Below are positions 38,867 to 48,202 of a stretch of 64,000 nucleotides of DNA, in pieces. The stretch lies in assembly GCA_951813565.1 (NCBI GenBank), contig OX638351.1, forward strand, positions 4,384,001-4,448,000, read 5' to 3'. Source of the stretch: an uncultured Poribacteria bacterium. GTDB taxonomy: Bacteria > Poribacteria > WGA-4E > WGA-3G. Made by a program: the position numbers and the translations under genes. Under the pieces are notes generated by a model. It saw nothing but the letters and a program-made list of their open reading frames with translations, did not search any database and was not told the origin of the DNA. Positions within the stretch are counted from its first letter, which is position 1. Each line of letters begins with the position of its first letter.

Positions 38867-41800
38867 CTAACCGAGTGTTTCTCTGAGTTCGGCAACACGG
38901 TTTTCAAGTTCAGTCAAAAATTCCTGATATATTTCTGAATTCTCCGTGATGTCCGCTGGTTTTTGTGAAACGTCAAAGAGAAGCGGTTTTCCAAAAACAA
39001 TCTGAATCGGATGTTTTTTCGGCAAGTTTTGTCCTTTCGGCAGTGCTTCAAAAGTTCCTTTAATGTAAGTTGGTATAATCGGCACCTGCTGTCCATAAAT
39101 CAGAAGACTGAGGAACCCAGGTTTGAAAGGCTGGAGTTTTCCATCAAGTGATCGTGTTCCTTCTGGAAAAATTAGCAATCCGTTGTTTTGTTCTGTTACT
39201 TCGTTAGCCATCCGCAAATCCTGCATAAACCGCGTAAAATTACCGTCGCGTTCTATCGGCAGTGCATTGAGGCAATTGTGCGCGAACCATCCTTGGATAC
39301 GGCTACCGAACCAATAATCCCTTGCAGCGAGCGTCCACAATCGGTGTGATTCCTGTCCTAAAGCCGTAATAACTGTTAGGGTATCTAAATGACTGGTGTG
39401 GTTCGGTGTAATAATGTATGGTTTTCCTTGTGGGATATTTTCTAAGCCGAAACACTGGAACGAGAAATAATGTCGGTATAGGGTACTGATACCCGCTCGG
39501 AAAGCACGCGCATACCAGTGCGGTTTTTCGCGCAGCTTCATCGGTTTTGCTGTTGCTTCGTTTGATTGTCCAGATTCTGTTTTCTCAAAAACCTGCGTTA
39601 ATTCAACAACATCTTTGACGGTCTCCAAATTGATGAGCATTGCATCAGGAATTGTTTGACCTAATTGAGACTCAAGAAGCATTAGCAGATCAAGCCGCGT
39701 AAGCGAGTCAAGCCCAAGGTCCACAGCTAAATGGCTATGAAGATGAATCTTGTTAGCAGGCATACGCGCCAATTGTGCAAGTGGTGATAAAATTTCTTCT
39801 GGGATATTCTCTGATGGATGTGAATCTCGTTGGTCAAATTCATCTACCACAGCGGCATGTTCGTCTGCCAGATACTCTACTAACTGTTCTTTAACGCGCG
39901 GACGATCAATTGTACCATTCTCAGTTTTTGGTAAAGTATCCTGAAACAGATGTGTTTTGTGAAATTGCTGGTAACTCGGTAGCTGCTTTGCGGTTTTCTG
40001 CAGATGGTTGTGAATTTCTACCTCAGTCGTCTCATTGCTATCTGTAGGGACAATCACCGCATGAATAGCCGTATCAGAACCGTCTTCATAAGGAATGCCA
40101 ACGACACAAATCTCAGAAATAGTAGGAATGTTCTGATAAAGCACCTCCAATTCAATAGGGTAAATGTTCTTGCCAGAGGCGGGAACGATAATATCCTTAC
40201 AATGCCCAGTGATATAAAGGTAACCGTCTTCATCAATATACCCAAGATCGCCCGTGTAGAGCCAGCCGTCACGGATTGCTTTCTCTGTGGCTTGTGTGTT
40301 TTGATAGTAACCTTTCATCGTGCTGGGACCTTTAGCAATAATCTCGCCGATACCATCGCTATTCGGGTTTGCAATATCGAATTCCACACCTTCCACTGCT
40401 GGTCCAACAGACCCACGTTTGCTATTTAGGTAGGGATTGACGCTCAGAACAGGAGCAGTTTCGGTCATCCCGTAACCTTGATAAAGCGTCAGACCAAATT
40501 TTTGGAAACCATCATAAACTGCGTTAGAAAGCGCAGCACCGCCGCTAACAAGGACGCGAACGTGCCCCCCCATAACTGCTTGTGCTTTTTCAGCTAAAGT
40601 CTCTCCGGATGTATCTTCTCGCAATGCCTGCCGTTCAATAGTACTTTGAAGCATCTGAAAGAGTCGTGGCACACTGATAAATGCGGTGGTCTTATCCTCG
40701 CGCATTGTTTTCAGAAGCGTTGTTGGTCGAAAGGCATTGACATAAGTAGCAGTGGTTCCGCTATACAGCGCCATTAGCAGGCTACATGAAAAACTCAATG
40801 CATGATACAACGGTAGTGCTGATAGAATCCGTTCCTCATCTGTCGGAGGCAGTGCCTTCGCTACTGCTTTGACGTTAGAGATAAAACCGCCATGCGTTAG
40901 CATTGCGCCTTTTGCATCTACGGTCGTCCCCATCGTGAAAATAATAGAGGCGACGGTATCTGGGTCAATTTTTACGTCAGGAAAATCTTTTGGGATATCT
41001 GCATCTGAATTAGCGGCATCATTAAATTTGTTGATATTTTTCAGGAGAATATTAGCATCTGCCAACTGTGTGCCTGAATTGGCTAAAACAGCATCGGACA
41101 CAAGGATTGCTTTCGCGGTGGTGAACTCAGCAATGGCAGCTATTTCTCCTGTAGGTGTCTGCGCGTCAAGTGGCACAACTGCACAGCCAATTTGCGATGC
41201 GGCAAGGTAAGCAATACACCATTCCGGTTGGTTTTCCGAAACTAAAACAACGCGATCGCCTTTACGTAAACCGCTATTCCATAATTGGAACGCTGCTCGG
41301 CGTGAACGTGTGTAAGTTTCTGCGTAGGTATACCGCTCCCAATCTTCATCATTTACCATCTGAAGCGCAATTTTATCGGGGATACGTTTTGCCTGAATTT
41401 CAATTAAATCCACGATTGTCTGTGGAGAGATACTGTCAATAGGGTTTGGAGCGGGAGCAGGATACTCGTCTGTTTCTTCTTGGGAAGATGCTTCTTTCCG
41501 CTTTGATATACCCGATGTTTCATCCTCAAGTTTAAGCACATGCCGTTTGATGCCTGGGATGTGAATCTCCTGAAAATACTGCTGCCAACGAATTTGCGTT
41601 ACATCAAAGATAAAACGTTCCTGTTCAATGGGTGAAAGTGCGTCGTAAAGTGCCTGCATCTTTTCTGTTTCAAATTCAAAGTTTGTTCGGGTATAAGGCG
41701 CGTAAATTCGGATGTAATGTAGTAGTGCTTTAATGCCGCTTTGCTTCACAATTAGTTTTCGGCGTTTTCGTTTTGCTGATCGCGTTGGTAATAGTGTAAG

Positions 41801-43123
41801 TACTCGAATAATGTGCTCAAGCAGACGCATTTTACCTGCCACTTTCTTTTCGAATAGTTCTAAACTGGGAAATCGCCATACCGGAACTGGAATAGGTTTG
41901 CCATTTTCCATCATCGGATTTTGAGTAAAATACCCAGATGTCGCGTCAACAATACCGCGAAAATATAACGGATTCTGCGTGCCTGTTGCAACGTGGTACA
42001 CTTCAATCCCACCATTTTTTGAGATGGCTTCGGCAGCAGCTAACATTGCATTCACTACGAAATCAACAGGTATAATATCTAAAATTATATCTGGGTCGGC
42101 GGGAAAATCGGGGATACGCCCCTTGGCGAAACCGACTATCAACGGTTCAGACATCCGATATTTACCGAGCCATCCGGGACGCGGTTCAGCAATGCTACTT
42201 TCAATAATTGATGGGCGAATGATGGCAGTAGGGAGATCACCGCGCAATTCCATGATTACCTGTTCAGCAAGGAACTTCATATAGGTATAAGTGTCGTTCC
42301 ATCCGCGGAAGCGAGCGTGTTTTAGGCCTGCTTCAACAAGACGCGCTTCAAGCCAATCTGCTTTAGCTTCCTCAGTAAGTGCTTCAAGATTTTTCCGACT
42401 CCTGCGTTTATCTGCTTTCAATTGTCGTTGTGCGGTCTGTTGAAACTGAGATACTTTTTCTGGTGTTTCTGCTTCATCTCGGATTGTTTGGTTTAGCGTG
42501 AGCAGATAGTCGATTTCTTCTGAGAGTGTTGGGGGAATTGTGTTTTCATTTTTATCGTTATGTTGTTGTGCGAGCTGTTCGTAAGGTAGATGGAGTTCTT
42601 CTGGAACGCGTCCCGGTTTATCACCACAGACATAAGCAGTTGAAACATGTAAAAAAACCGCGTTGGAACAACCTTTAGCAAACGTCACCACATGTTTTGC
42701 AGCAAGTGCATTACCTTTTAGTGACGCATCAAATGGAGGATCAAAATCAACGAGTCCTGCGATATTAATAAAAACGTCTACTTCATTTTGGAGGCGTTCA
42801 TAGTCAGCATCGCTAAAGCCGAGGCGTTCATCTGTTAGTTCGCCTTCAATAGGCGTAATTCTTTCTGTAACCCACGCCTCAAAATTGGCGCCGTGCAGCC
42901 GACGCAACGCATCAAATACATCAGAAGTTAATAGTTCTTTTTTAAAACGATCTTGTGCAGAAGTGACTTTACCATTCGACTCAACCCGGCTTCGGATAAG
43001 AAGGTAGATTTTTTGAACATCTGGCAGAGAAGTTAGAATTTTGGCAACCATCGGTTGCCCAAGGAAGGCAGTGCCGCCTGTAATCAGTAATACCTTCCCA
43101 CGAAAAAAATCGGTTATTGACAT
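38867..43123 (-). CDS. Multidomain FAR-adenylation-ACP-acyltransferase (ElbD-like)
   Basis: FAR 'LITGGTAFLG', 'HVSTAYV', 'YTYMK', 'RPSIIES', 'IPVDFV'; A-domain 'GYGMTE', 'TGDLG'; ACP 'LGLDSL'; PlsC 'NHTSHLD', 'FPEGTRS'. Confidence 0.9.
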   Translation of the reverse strand: MSITDFFRGKVLLITGGTAFLGQPMVAKILTSLPDVQKIYLLIRSRVESNGKVTSAQDRFKKELLTSDVFDALRRLHGANFEAWVTERITPIEGELTDERLGFSDADYERLQNEVDVFINIAGLVDFDPPFDASLKGNALAAKHVVTFAKGCSNAVFLHVSTAYVCGDKPGRVPEELHLPYEQLAQQHNDKNENTIPPTLSEEIDYLLTLNQTIRDEAETPEKVSQFQQTAQRQLKADKRRSRKNLEALTEEAKADWLEARLVEAGLKHARFRGWNDTYTYMKFLAEQVIMELRGDLPTAIIRPSIIESSIAEPRPGWLGKYRMSEPLIVGFAKGRIPDFPADPDIILDIIPVDFVVNAMLAAAEAISKNGGIEVYHVATGTQNPLYFRGIVDATSGYFTQNPMMENGKPIPVPVWRFPSLELFEKKVAGKMRLLEHIIRVLTLLPTRSAKRKRRKLIVKQSGIKALLHYIRIYAPYTRTNFEFETEKMQALYDALSPIEQERFIFDVTQIRWQQYFQEIHIPGIKRHVLKLEDETSGISKRKEASSQEETDEYPAPAPNPIDSISPQTIVDLIEIQAKRIPDKIALQMVNDEDWERYTYAETYTRSRRAAFQLWNSGLRKGDRVVLVSENQPEWCIAYLAASQIGCAVVPLDAQTPTGEIAAIAEFTTAKAILVSDAVLANSGTQLADANILLKNINKFNDAANSDADIPKDFPDVKIDPDTVASIIFTMGTTVDAKGAMLTHGGFISNVKAVAKALPPTDEERILSALPLYHALSFSCSLLMALYSGTTATYVNAFRPTTLLKTMREDKTTAFISVPRLFQMLQSTIERQALREDTSGETLAEKAQAVMGGHVRVLVSGGAALSNAVYDGFQKFGLTLYQGYGMTETAPVLSVNPYLNSKRGSVGPAVEGVEFDIANPNSDGIGEIIAKGPSTMKGYYQNTQATEKAIRDGWLYTGDLGYIDEDGYLYITGHCKDIIVPASGKNIYPIELEVLYQNIPTISEICVVGIPYEDGSDTAIHAVIVPTDSNETTEVEIHNHLQKTAKQLPSYQQFHKTHLFQDTLPKTENGTIDRPRVKEQLVEYLADEHAAVVDEFDQRDSHPSENIPEEILSPLAQLARMPANKIHLHSHLAVDLGLDSLTRLDLLMLLESQLGQTIPDAMLINLETVKDVVELTQVFEKTESGQSNEATAKPMKLREKPHWYARAFRAGISTLYRHYFSFQCFGLENIPQGKPYIITPNHTSHLDTLTVITALGQESHRLWTLAARDYWFGSRIQGWFAHNCLNALPIERDGNFTRFMQDLRMANEVTEQNNGLLIFPEGTRSLDGKLQPFKPGFLSLLIYGQQVPIIPTYIKGTFEALPKGQNLPKKHPIQIVFGKPLLFDVSQKPADITENSEIYQEFLTELENRVAELRETLG

Positions 43124-43298
43124 AATTTCCTTTGCCTAATTCAGTATATAGTTCTCACCGATAGGACACTACAACGAGCCTGCCGGATTTACGTAAGTCT
43201 TGGTCAGTCACATCAAATAATTATTTGAAGGGTATCAAATTCAGATAAGTTGTACTTTAACATATACGACAATAAAAGTCAAGAGTATTGTACCCAGA

Positions 43299-43935
43299 GG
43301 GTGTGTAAAGTTTTTGTAGAAATCCGCACAACTCCTATTGTAGGGGCGAGTCTCCGGGGAATGCCAAAAGGCATTCGGACCCGGTGAATGACTAAAGACG
43401 AATGCGCCAAATCAACGGTATGAATGCCTGCTGGCATTCCCCGTATGGCATTCGCCATGGTTCATACCGTTGATTTCTTGATTTGGTGCCTGCCCGTTGC
43501 ATGGCACGTCCTGCGCAGTGGCGGGGCACCAAATCAACGGCATGAATGCCTTATGGCATTCCCCGGGACCCCGCCCATAGGCGTCAATTTAAGAACACAA
43601 TTACCAGATTGCCTCTTGTGGGAGGGCTTTATAAGCCCGATTTATATGTATTTATCGGGGTTGAAAACCCGCCAAATGCCAAAAAGCGCATTTGGCGTTG
43701 ATTTGGCAGCATGCCACACGCGCATGCTGCGTTGATTTGGACAAATGCCAAAAGCAGAATCAACGCCGAGCGCGCGTATGGCACTCGTCGCATTTGGCGT
43801 TGATTTGGCAGCATGCCGGACGCGCATGCTGCGTTGATTCGCTCCCACAAGAGGGTATATCCTTAAATTGACGGCTATGGGGCACCAAATCAACGGTATG
43901 AATGCCTTATGGCATTCCCCGGGACCCCGCTCTAC
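43299..43935. repeat. Composite repeat cluster: IS-like end, REPs, MITE 43575-43878 flanked by a 52-bp direct repeat, multiple hairpin units
   Basis: Direct repeat 43523-43574 = 43879-43930 (1 mismatch); shares blocks with 6297-6590. Confidence 0.85.
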
Positions 43936-44013
43936 AGTGGAAAACGCCGCGTAATCATTGCAAATTGAACCTATGTAACCCAAATATTTACACACGGTTT
44001 AGTGAAAAGAGAT

Positions 44014-44042
44014 TTGACAAATACTTCGCAGGTGATTATAAT
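44014..44042 (+). promoter_or_regulatory. Perfect-consensus sigma70 promoter
   Basis: TTGACA-17 bp-TATAAT; argues for a CDS start at 44140 rather than 44002. Confidence 0.7.
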
Positions 44043-44139
44043 AGCACGATATATTTTAGAAATCTGTCTTGTAAAATGCATCTTGGTAGCGATATTTAAC
44101 CAATTCAAACACATAGCAATCTCAAGGACATGTGCGTTT

Positions 44140-45321
44140 ATGTTAGCAGAACAAAAATTAGAGTTTCTAAAGAAAACTGAACTTTTTGCAGAACTCTCGA
44201 AAGCGGATTTAAAATCAATTAGTGATATCGTACAAGAGGTGGTTTACCCAGCAGATCATACCCTTTTTGAGGAAGGGGATGAGGGCGATTCACTTTATCT
44301 GCTTGTTGACGGAGAAATTAGCATCATAAAAGCAGAGACTGAAGTCTTATCTTTTAATGAGGAGGGGTATTGTTTTGGTGAAGTTGCCCTGATTGACGAT
44401 AAACCGAGAAGTGCAACGATTAAAACGACTACCTCAACCTGTCTCCTGCGAATCACACGGAACGATTTTTATCAAGCAATGGCGCGAGAACCGCTGATTG
44501 GCAGAGGTATGTTTCGGGTACTGAATAATAAAATTCGCCATGATCTTGAAATTCAGATGAGTGCGATTCGAAAGGAGATCGCACAAGAGGAGTCGATGCG
44601 TCTTGCCGCTGAAGTCCAACAATCAATCTTGCCAAACGAAGAGGTTGCGCATCCCTGTTTAACCTCCGCTGGATATTGCCAACCGACAAACAGTGTTGGT
44701 GGTGATTATTATGATTATCTTTATCTGCCAGACAATCGAGTTGGGATATTTATCGGTGATGTAATGGGGCATGGGTTTCATTCCGCGATGGTCGCTGCGA
44801 TGACAAAAAGCGGCATACAAACGCAAATCCGTTTTGACGCTTCAGTGCCTGAGGTGATGATGGCTGTGAAACGGGTTACTGAGGAAGATGCACAAACTTT
44901 TATCTATATGACATGCTGTTATGTCATTATCCATCAGGATAATCGGCTTGAGTTTGCTAATGCGGGGCATCCAGCAATGCTTCTTTTTCGGACGCACAGT
45001 GGAGCGTGTATTGAATTAGAATCACAATTTTCGCCAGTAGGTATTGCGCTGCCACATGATAAACCGGGAACGCAATACCATAGTACTGAAGCGAGATGGG
45101 AGCCCGGCGATTTACTTGTGCTTTATTCAGACGGTATCACCGAAGCCTTTAATGCAGATACTGAAATGTATGGAATTGAACGACTCAAAAATCTTTTGTC
45201 TCAGAAGCAGCATCTGCCTGCTGCTGAAATCAGGAAGGAGATTCTGTCTGACCTTGAGACACATCAACAAGGTGAAAACCCACATGATGACATTACGTTG
45301 GTAGTCGCGAAATTTCTTTAG
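44140..45321 (+). CDS. cNMP-binding domain plus SpoIIE/PP2C (RsbU-like) phosphatase
   Basis: 'FGEVALID..PRSAT'; 'VGGDYYD', 'GDVMGHG', 'NAGH', 'LYSDGITEA', 'DDIT'. Confidence 0.92.
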   Translation: MLAEQKLEFLKKTELFAELSKADLKSISDIVQEVVYPADHTLFEEGDEGDSLYLLVDGEISIIKAETEVLSFNEEGYCFGEVALIDDKPRSATIKTTTSTCLLRITRNDFYQAMAREPLIGRGMFRVLNNKIRHDLEIQMSAIRKEIAQEESMRLAAEVQQSILPNEEVAHPCLTSAGYCQPTNSVGGDYYDYLYLPDNRVGIFIGDVMGHGFHSAMVAAMTKSGIQTQIRFDASVPEVMMAVKRVTEEDAQTFIYMTCCYVIIHQDNRLEFANAGHPAMLLFRTHSGACIELESQFSPVGIALPHDKPGTQYHSTEARWEPGDLLVLYSDGITEAFNADTEMYGIERLKNLLSQKQHLPAAEIRKEILSDLETHQQGENPHDDITLVVAKFL

Positions 45322-45350
45322 GTGTAAGTATACTGATTGGATTACCGATT

Positions 45351-46550
45351 CTACCGCTCAATTTTATTTGCAGCGTAATGCATTATGTTTTCCATAAGTT
45401 CCTTGTTCATAGAAACCGTATATTGATTATCATTTCGAAGACTGGTAATGATGTAAAGCCCTTTTCCATATCGTCGTGCGCCGATAACGAGTTCGTCGCG
45501 TTCTTGGGTAGTCGCAAAAACTTCATCGCTCTTATCCCAACCTACCCAAGCGTCGTCAACATAAATTTTTCCTGACTGAATTTTATTGGGTGTTGAGAAA
45601 AGAGTAGTTTCTTTGTTGGTAACTTTAAAAAACCTATCTGGTGGACTTTCAACGCCTGTTAATTTGCCCTGTAACCATCCAACACTACAAGGTTTTTGCA
45701 TAGTACTGTCTTGTCCCGAAACGACAACAATACCACCATTTTTGACGAAGTTTTTAATTTCTTTCTCTGTTTTTTGAGAAAGGAGGTGGCGACCAAAACT
45801 TGAAATCTCTTCGTACCCGATCCATAACATATCGGCATCTTGTAAGTTCGGTAGCGTGCGTATTTTGGTAGCTTCATAAGCCAATTGGCGCTTTCCAATC
45901 TTTCTAATGTTTCGCAAAGCTTGGTATTCATACGTCATGGAGTTGGTATAAACATGCGTCTGCCCCCAAGTTGGAGAAGTGCTATTACCTGTCAAAACCA
46001 GTATTTTTAATGCGTCCTTGGTAGCGGTAACCCACATTTTGCCATCTAACATGTCGCGAACAGCTTTTTGAAAAGTTTTTGTTTTACCTTCAAACGTTCG
46101 GTTCATCATCGGATCAATGTGTGTAAAACTCCACCATGAACTGCCGCTTCTGCCTCGATATGCACGCATTTGAAACCATGTGTCATCAATAAAACACATA
46201 CTATCAATACCGTAATGGTCTCGATAAAAAACAATGATTGGCATGCCCTGTTTAAGTAGTCGTACCATCTTTTGTGGTGAGGTGCCTTGTTTATATTGTC
46301 CGGTTTGAAAATTCATTTTAATTTCTCGTAGATTACTTTTTCCCTTTACGTCTTCATTGACTTTAATAGTTGCTTGTAATCTCCGAGTGTTGACAGTTTT
46401 AACTTCACCAAAAACGATATTTGTGCAAGCATCAAGAACTTCACGAATTGTATATTCACGTTCAATAAACCCAAGCGCGGGTGATGAAGCAAGGAAACCG
46501 ATAAGAAATAGGGAAATAATCAATGTTGTTAGGACACGTGTAAAACGCAT
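45351..46550 (-). CDS. Secreted hypothetical protein (possible C-terminal GATase-like domain)
   Basis: Signal peptide MRFTRVL...ALG; 'FVKNGGIVVVSG'. Confidence 0.75.
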   Translation of the reverse strand: MRFTRVLTTLIISLFLIGFLASSPALGFIEREYTIREVLDACTNIVFGEVKTVNTRRLQATIKVNEDVKGKSNLREIKMNFQTGQYKQGTSPQKMVRLLKQGMPIIVFYRDHYGIDSMCFIDDTWFQMRAYRGRSGSSWWSFTHIDPMMNRTFEGKTKTFQKAVRDMLDGKMWVTATKDALKILVLTGNSTSPTWGQTHVYTNSMTYEYQALRNIRKIGKRQLAYEATKIRTLPNLQDADMLWIGYEEISSFGRHLLSQKTEKEIKNFVKNGGIVVVSGQDSTMQKPCSVGWLQGKLTGVESPPDRFFKVTNKETTLFSTPNKIQSGKIYVDDAWVGWDKSDEVFATTQERDELVIGARRYGKGLYIITSLRNDNQYTVSMNKELMENIMHYAANKIER

Positions 46551-46630
46551 TTTCAGACCTCCATCAGTAACAGGTATTTTATAAAAGTTTATCATATTTT
46601 ATGCAAATTGACAATGATTTTGTTAATTTG

Positions 46631-46878
46631 GGGTGTGTAAAGTTTTGTCACTAATCACCTTTAGAAATTTTAATTTGACAAACATACTTATTTGTGTTAA
46701 TATAATTATCACATAACAATAATTGGAGATGCCCATAGAACAAAGAGAGAAAATAAAAAAACTAAAAATCACGTCACATTCCTTGTACCACTTGACATTA
46801 GCACGTCACTAGGACGTGCAAAACGTCCTAATTACAACCTACAAATGTCCTACGGACAATGACAAAAACTTTACACCC
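46631..46878. mobile_element. MITE with ISKra4-like ends, upstream of the defence island
   Basis: Left end GGGTGTGTAAAGTTTTGTCA, right end TGACAAAAACTTTACACCC. Confidence 0.65.
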
Positions 46879-46936
46879 AAATAATACGACATTTTTTTGC
46901 CTGATGTGGTATAATTAAAGGAGGTGGAATATATTT

Positions 46937-48202
46937 ATGTGCAACAAACTTAATTACCTTGATCTCTTTGCTGGAGCTGGAGGACTTTCTGAAGGATTTA
47001 TCCGCGCTGGGTTTAATCCCATAGCACACGTTGAGATGGATCCAGCCGCTTGCTTTACGCTTAAGACCCGGATGGCATACCATTCGCTAAAAGAAAATGA
47101 TGATTTAGATCAATATGCCGATTATCTGAAAGGTGATATTAAAAGGAAAGAATTTTATAATTCGGTATCAGATACAGTGATCAATTCTGTTATTGACGCT
47201 GAGATTGGGGAGAAAACTCTGCCAGACATTTTCCACAAAATTGATAATTTATTGGGGAGTCAAAAAGTTGATTTGATTATCGGGGGACCACCTTGTCAGG
47301 CATATTCGGTTGTAGGACGAGCGCGTTCTCCGAATGGAATGAAGGGAGACAAACGGAATGATTTATATGTCTTCTATGCGGAATTTTTAGAAAAATACGA
47401 GCCTAAATATTTTGTGTTTGAAAATGTCCCTGGTCTGCTGTCTGCCACAGATGAAAAAGGTGAATCCTATTTAGATCTTATGCTAGATCTGTTCCACGAG
47501 TATAGGTATGAAACAAAACCCAAAACACTGTTAGCAAGTGATTATGGAGTTCCGCAAAACAGAAAAAGAGTATTCCTTGTTGGAAAGAGAGATTCAACCA
47601 TAGACATCTACCCTGAACCAGATAGATGTGCTTCAGATATTCTTGTAGAAGATATTCTCGCCGATTTACCTGCTCTCAAATCTGGTGAGGGTAATATAAA
47701 ATCCTGCAATCTAAATTCAGAGTATCATCCTTGGCTGCATGACGTAGGTATACGGAATAATACACTTCCGGTAACATTTCATCAAGCACGTCCCAACAAC
47801 GAACAAGATCTTGAGATTTACAAAATTGCAGTTATGCTTTGGGAAGAACAAAAGATACCTCTTAAGTATAATGAACTTCGTGACGAATTAAAAACGCACA
47901 AGAACAAGGAATCTTTTTTGAACAGATTCAAGGTTGTTGAAGCGGATTCTCCCTATTCACATACTGTAGTTGCTCACATTGCAATGGACGGTCATTATTA
48001 TATTCATCCAGATATTGAGCAGAATCGTTCTCTTACACCGAGAGAAGCGGCAAGGCTACAGACATTTCCGGATGACTATTACTTTGAAAGCCGTAATGGA
48101 AGAGCTTACCGGACCACTGCTTACCGTCAAATTGGGAATGCGGTTCCTGTGCTTCTTGCACAAAAAATTGCGGGAAAGTTAAAGGAGAATTGGGAATCAT
48201 GA
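46937..48202 (+). CDS. dcm: DNA (cytosine-5) methyltransferase
   Basis: 'DLFAGAGG', 'GGPPCQ', 'FENVPG', 'QNRKRV', 'REAARLQTFPD', 'QIGNAVP'. Confidence 0.96.
   Translation: MCNKLNYLDLFAGAGGLSEGFIRAGFNPIAHVEMDPAACFTLKTRMAYHSLKENDDLDQYADYLKGDIKRKEFYNSVSDTVINSVIDAEIGEKTLPDIFHKIDNLLGSQKVDLIIGGPPCQAYSVVGRARSPNGMKGDKRNDLYVFYAEFLEKYEPKYFVFENVPGLLSATDEKGESYLDLMLDLFHEYRYETKPKTLLASDYGVPQNRKRVFLVGKRDSTIDIYPEPDRCASDILVEDILADLPALKSGEGNIKSCNLNSEYHPWLHDVGIRNNTLPVTFHQARPNNEQDLEIYKIAVMLWEEQKIPLKYNELRDELKTHKNKESFLNRFKVVEADSPYSHTVVAHIAMDGHYYIHPDIEQNRSLTPREAARLQTFPDDYYFESRNGRAYRTTAYRQIGNAVPVLLAQKIAGKLKENWES

Noticed and set aside
44002..44139. Longer N-terminus for the cNMP-PP2C protein
   Set aside because: The extension overlaps a consensus promoter; ATG 44140 has an AAGGA RBS and begins the domain.
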